A model generated the notes under the pieces. It was not told the origin of the DNA. It was given only the letters and a program-made list of their open reading frames with translations, and did no database searches. The position numbers and the translations under genes were made by a program. A DNA stretch of 64,000 nucleotides. Origin: Clostridiales bacterium UBA1770 (GTDB lineage Bacteria > Bacillota > Clostridia > Oscillospirales > CAG-272). Shown piece by piece: positions 61,277 through 64,000 of the stretch. Location of the stretch: the NCBI GenBank assembly GCA_002315325.1, contig DCGU01000020.1, positions 84 through 64,083 on the forward strand, in the 5' to 3' direction. The stretch's first letter is position 1. The number at the start of each line of letters is the position of its first letter.

Positions 61277-61304
61277 TTGACAAAAAGAAAAAATGTGATA
61301 TAAT
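61277..61304 (+). promoter_or_regulatory. Promoter of tRNA-Lys (TTGACA-16 nt-TGaTATAAT)
   Basis: -35 is at 61277-61282 and the extended -10 at 61296-61304, about 20 nt before the tRNA 5' end. Confidence 0.6.
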
Positions 61305-61324
61305 AGTCAAGTACGAAAAAATAC

Positions 61325-61400
61325 GTCCCACTAGCTCAGGCGGTAGAGCACTTGACTTTTAATCAAGGTGTCCGGGGTTCGATTCCCCGGTGGGACACCA
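61325..61400 (+). tRNA. tRNA-Lys (anticodon UUU), CCA encoded
   Basis: The cloverleaf was read by hand: acceptor GTCCCAC/GTGGGAC, D arm GCTC-AGGCGGT-AGAGC, anticodon arm CTTGA-CTTTTAA-TCAAG, T arm CGGGG-TTCGATT-CCCCG, discriminator A and CCA. Confidence 0.95.
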
Positions 61401-61436
61401 GAAAAGGGTGAATGCATTCTTGCATTCACCCTTTTC
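61401..61436 (+). terminator. Terminator hairpin after tRNA-Lys
   Basis: GAAAAGGGTGAATGCA-ttct-TGCATTCACCCTTTTC is a 16-bp perfect stem. Confidence 0.65.
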
Positions 61437-61544
61437 TGATATTGCAGCACACGATATCAACCCCTGCATTTCCTGCGTCAGCGGGAAATGCTGGGGTTGC
61501 GCTGCACTGTAAAAACAGTTTCTGCAGACGTTAGCGCAAACGTA

Positions 61545-61607
61545 GGTTCTGTATTCCCCGGACACCAGAATAGGGCTGATGCATCAAAATGCATCAGCCC
61601 TATTCTG
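61545..61607 (+). repeat. Degenerate second copy of the tRNA-Lys 3' end plus a terminator-like hairpin
   Basis: GGTTCtGtATTCCCCGG-ACACCAGAAtAGGGcTGATGCA aligns with tRNA 61374-61416 (GGTTCGATTCCCCGGTGGGACACCAGAAAAGGGTGAATGCA). It is followed by its own 19-bp hairpin (61566-61607). Confidence 0.7.
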
Positions 61608-61663
61608 TTATATCGAGCCCCCCTACGTGCCGCCTTGCGGTACGTGCAGTTGTTCCGTGCGGA

Positions 61664-62401
61664 TCACTTGGAAAGCAGTTTGGGATTGGGATTTTGGTCC
61701 ATCATTTTTTCGCCGGGGTTAAGTTTGCCGACAACGGCGTAGCAGACTACGGAAATGAGCAGACCGGCGGGCATATCCATAAAATAATGCTGCTTGGTGA
61801 ATACAGTGGACAGGCAGATAAGTACCGTCATCACCAGTGAATAGATGCGGAACCACAAAGCCACTTCGGGACGGTGTCTGACGCCGAGATAGCAGTACAA
61901 ACTGATTAAACAATGATATGACGGGAACAGATTGAACGCAACGTCGGAACCGTCGTTTCCGTACACCGTTGCCAAAAGGCCGTTGAAGAAACCGGGGCGT
62001 GCCGCGATTTCCATAAGGTGTTCGGCATTTCTGTCCATATACGTCGGTCCGAATACAAAAATGAGGAAACCGACGACGTAAGCAGCAGACAAACCGATGA
62101 TATAGTTGATAAAATGCTTTTTATCAGTCACAGACACGGCAATCGGTCCGCAAATCCAAAAGACGTAGGAGAACAAATAAATAACGACAAACGGGGCGAA
62201 AACGGGAATATTGTCGTCAATGCAGGGAATCTTGGGACACCAGGCGTAATTGATGGTCCCCGTCAGCCGTGTAATCCAGTCCGCCATGCGGTACATACCG
62301 TACTGCAGGCCGAAATAAACGGCACCGAAAATCCAGCCGTACAAGGGGATGCGTTTTATCAGAGTGACAAGACGATTTTCCTTTTGCAAAGTATTTTCCA
62401 A
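61664..62401 (-). CDS. PAP2-superfamily (PAP2_C / sphingomyelin-synthase-like) membrane phosphatase/transferase
   Basis: 245-aa polytopic ORF. FPSYHCL and TKQHYFMD are the C2/C3-type PAP2 motifs. Confidence 0.65.
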   Translation of the reverse strand: MENTLQKENRLVTLIKRIPLYGWIFGAVYFGLQYGMYRMADWITRLTGTINYAWCPKIPCIDDNIPVFAPFVVIYLFSYVFWICGPIAVSVTDKKHFINYIIGLSAAYVVGFLIFVFGPTYMDRNAEHLMEIAARPGFFNGLLATVYGNDGSDVAFNLFPSYHCLISLYCYLGVRHRPEVALWFRIYSLVMTVLICLSTVFTKQHYFMDMPAGLLISVVCYAVVGKLNPGEKMMDQNPNPKLLSK

Positions 62402-62558
62402 CGTTCACAAACCTCCATCCTTTTTTCATATCTATTATAATCACGTTGGAAAAAAAGTGCAAGAAATATCGGTGAGAAAACGAAAGAGAAAAACAGGGTT
62501 TTATTTGGGGGCCAAATGCGGTATAATGATATGGTAATAAAATTTCAGTGAGGGTTAG

Positions 62559-63206
62559 ATGGACAATTCTGTTTTCCGCACGACGGCGGAAGTGATGAAA
62601 GGCGTGACCAACCTGCCGATTCTTCTGGCCGCCCTGCTCTTTTTCTTTTTGCTTCAAAAAAGGAAAGCGGACAGGAAAAGCATTTTTCTCTTTCTTTTCC
62701 TATCCGTTTCTGCTTTTTTAGGTATTACCGTACACACGTTTGCCCTGCCCGTTTGGGTCAGCCGTGCTTTGTGGGTCGTTCTGTTTGCGTTTATGTACGA
62801 GACGCTGCGCCTGGCCTTTATCGTTTTGACTGCGGCCGCCGGCCACACAGAGGTACTCCTGTACAAGACACGCCTGCCGGTTTTACTTTCTGAACTCGCC
62901 TGCTGGGGCTTTTGTGCAGGATTGACGCTCGGCGGTTCCCTGTGGGACCTGTACGTCATGGGTGCGTGGGCACTGTGCGTCTTTTCCCTGCCCATCGGGC
63001 TGTGTTTCACCAAGCGCCCCGGTATCGGCAAACTGCGGCTGCTGCTCGCCATCCTGGTTTCGGCATTGGCTGCCGTTTTGGTTGAACCCTTGACACCGCC
63101 GGCACTCGGCGTGGTTATTTGTCACGGACTGCTGGTGACATCGCTGTATTTCCTATACAAAATCGGTGCCGCCGAAAAAGCGACACCGACCCCCAAAACA
63201 GATTAA
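62559..63206 (+). CDS. polytopic membrane protein of unknown function
   Basis: 215 aa with 6-7 hydrophobic helices. No motif was recognised. The terminator hairpin GCGGCAC-gaaa-GTGCCGC at 63230-63247 lies inside the convergent gene. Confidence 0.5.
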   Translation: MDNSVFRTTAEVMKGVTNLPILLAALLFFFLLQKRKADRKSIFLFLFLSVSAFLGITVHTFALPVWVSRALWVVLFAFMYETLRLAFIVLTAAAGHTEVLLYKTRLPVLLSELACWGFCAGLTLGGSLWDLYVMGAWALCVFSLPIGLCFTKRPGIGKLRLLLAILVSALAAVLVEPLTPPALGVVICHGLLVTSLYFLYKIGAAEKATPTPKTD

Positions 63207-63220
63207 AATGAGATAACGTT

Positions 63221-63886
63221 TCAATGGAGCGGCACGAAAGTGCCGCTTTCTTTTACGAGTACGTTGGCCGGGATTGTCCCGCGCACCGATACCATCGGAT
63301 AGACTCGTGAGCTACGTCCAATAACGGTACCCGGATTGAGCACACAATGGCACCCCACTTCCGTGCCGTCACCCACTATGGCGCCGCACTTGCGCAAGCC
63401 CGTCGGCACGTCGACGTCGCCGTGAATCACAACGTTGGATTTATCCCCCTTGAGGTTGGAGCAAACGCTGCCGGCACCGAGGTGTGCGTAATTGCCCAAC
63501 ACGGCATCGCCCACGTAATTGTAGTGAGGCACGTCAACGTGATTTAAAAGGATACAGTTCTTTAATTCCGTGGAATTCCCGATGACGCACTTTTCACCCG
63601 TGATAATACTGCCCCGCAAAAAAGCGCCGGGACGCAGTTCACAGTTATGTCCAATGACGCAGGGACCGTCGAATACCACGTTCGGATAGATTTTGACGTC
63701 ACGGCCGACCAGAACGTTGTCGGCGTACTTTGTAAAACCGTTGAGTCCGTCACGCACCAATTGTTCGGTGAGCGCTTTGATACGCGGGAGCAGTTCCCAG
63801 GGATAGGTGCAAGACGCAAATAAATCAACCAAATAGGGGACGTCGCAGGAAAACAGGCTGTTTATTGTCATTTCGTCAAGCGTCAT
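63221..63886 (-). CDS. left-handed beta-helix (hexapeptide-repeat) acyl/nucleotidyl-transferase-like protein, GlmU C-terminal-like
   Basis: Hexapeptide periodicity runs through VGRDVKIYPNVVFDGPCVIGHNCELRPGAFLRGSIITGEKCVIGNSTELKNCILL.... Its start overlaps the glmM 3' end by 11 nt. Confidence 0.7.
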   Translation of the reverse strand: MTLDEMTINSLFSCDVPYLVDLFASCTYPWELLPRIKALTEQLVRDGLNGFTKYADNVLVGRDVKIYPNVVFDGPCVIGHNCELRPGAFLRGSIITGEKCVIGNSTELKNCILLNHVDVPHYNYVGDAVLGNYAHLGAGSVCSNLKGDKSNVVIHGDVDVPTGLRKCGAIVGDGTEVGCHCVLNPGTVIGRSSRVYPMVSVRGTIPANVLVKESGTFVPLH

Positions 63887-64000
63887 AACACAGGCCTCTC
63901 TTTTTGAAAACGGTATACATAGCGTTCACCATTGCCTCGCATTGTGCCGTGTCTTCACATTCCGCCATAATACGAATCACCGGTTCGGTGCCGCTGACGC
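63876..64000 (-). CDS. glmM: phosphoglucosamine mutase, C-terminal fragment (5' part outside window)
   Basis: Reverse translation gives ...SGTEPVIRIMAECEDTAQCEAMVNAMYTVFKKRGLCYDA*, and SGTEP.IR.M.E is the conserved C-terminal block of GlmM. It is absent from the ORF track because it is open at the window edge. Confidence 0.75.
   Translation of the reverse strand, partial: VSGTEPVIRIMAECEDTAQCEAMVNAMYTVFKKRGLCYDA

Noticed and set aside
61496-61571. A second functional tRNA downstream of tRNA-Lys
   Set aside because: Only the T-arm/3' end is recognisable. No acceptor 5' strand, D arm or anticodon arm can be drawn.
1-64000. Prophage, ICE, transposon, retron, DGR, restriction-modification or known defence-system genes
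   Set aside because: No integrase, transposase, reverse transcriptase, terminase, methyltransferase-endonuclease pair or other hallmark could be recognised in any frame. MutS-like, UvrA-like and SUKH proteins are noted separately as weak candidates only.

Overview
The window looks like Firmicutes/Clostridia chromosome, mostly on the minus strand. Supporting signs are the fused ispH-rpsA, the iscR-nifS-iscU-mnmA operon and low-GC SD/promoter consensus. No transposase, integrase, CRISPR array or rRNA is visible.

The housekeeping backbone contains:
- a dcw cell-division cluster (mraZ-rsmH-ftsL-pbp-murF-mraY-ftsW-murG-ftsQ-ftsZ, 36.0-47.3 kb)
- nrdR, folD and lgt
- uxaA/uxaB and a separate uxaC
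- ispH::S1 and cmk::plsC fusion genes
- the Fe-S/mnmA operon
- yceD-rpmF and tmcAL
- one tRNA-Lys(UUU)

The accessory-looking parts are:
- 1-9.7 kb: a UvrA paralog fused to a TrmO/TsaA domain plus a GyrI-like gene, five tandem unrelated GNATs, a CPBP protease, and a TetR-controlled alpha/beta-hydrolase + SUKH pair.
- 9.7-13.4 kb: a frameshifted beta-helix::GNAT gene and a SASA-type esterase.
- 58.7-63.2 kb: a metallophosphoesterase, a second beta-helix protein and a tRNA-Lys with a duplicated 3' end.

The strongest unexplained signal is non-coding. At about 55.18-55.47 kb, in a convergent intergenic gap, about 11 unrelated perfect hairpins are tiled with a conserved 7-mer linker. The linker is GTGAAAT x4, followed by its complement ATTTCAC x4. 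This arrangement could fold into stacked four-way junctions, and it matches no RNA family I recognise.

Other candidates worth follow-up:
- the uncharacterised Cys-rich (DUF5685-like) / J-domain / membrane-protein operon
- a racemase-murE module displaced from the dcw cluster, with a non-DAP-type DNPG motif
- a 220-aa acidic tail on Lgt

All functional calls rest on motif recognition by eye. No database search was run.
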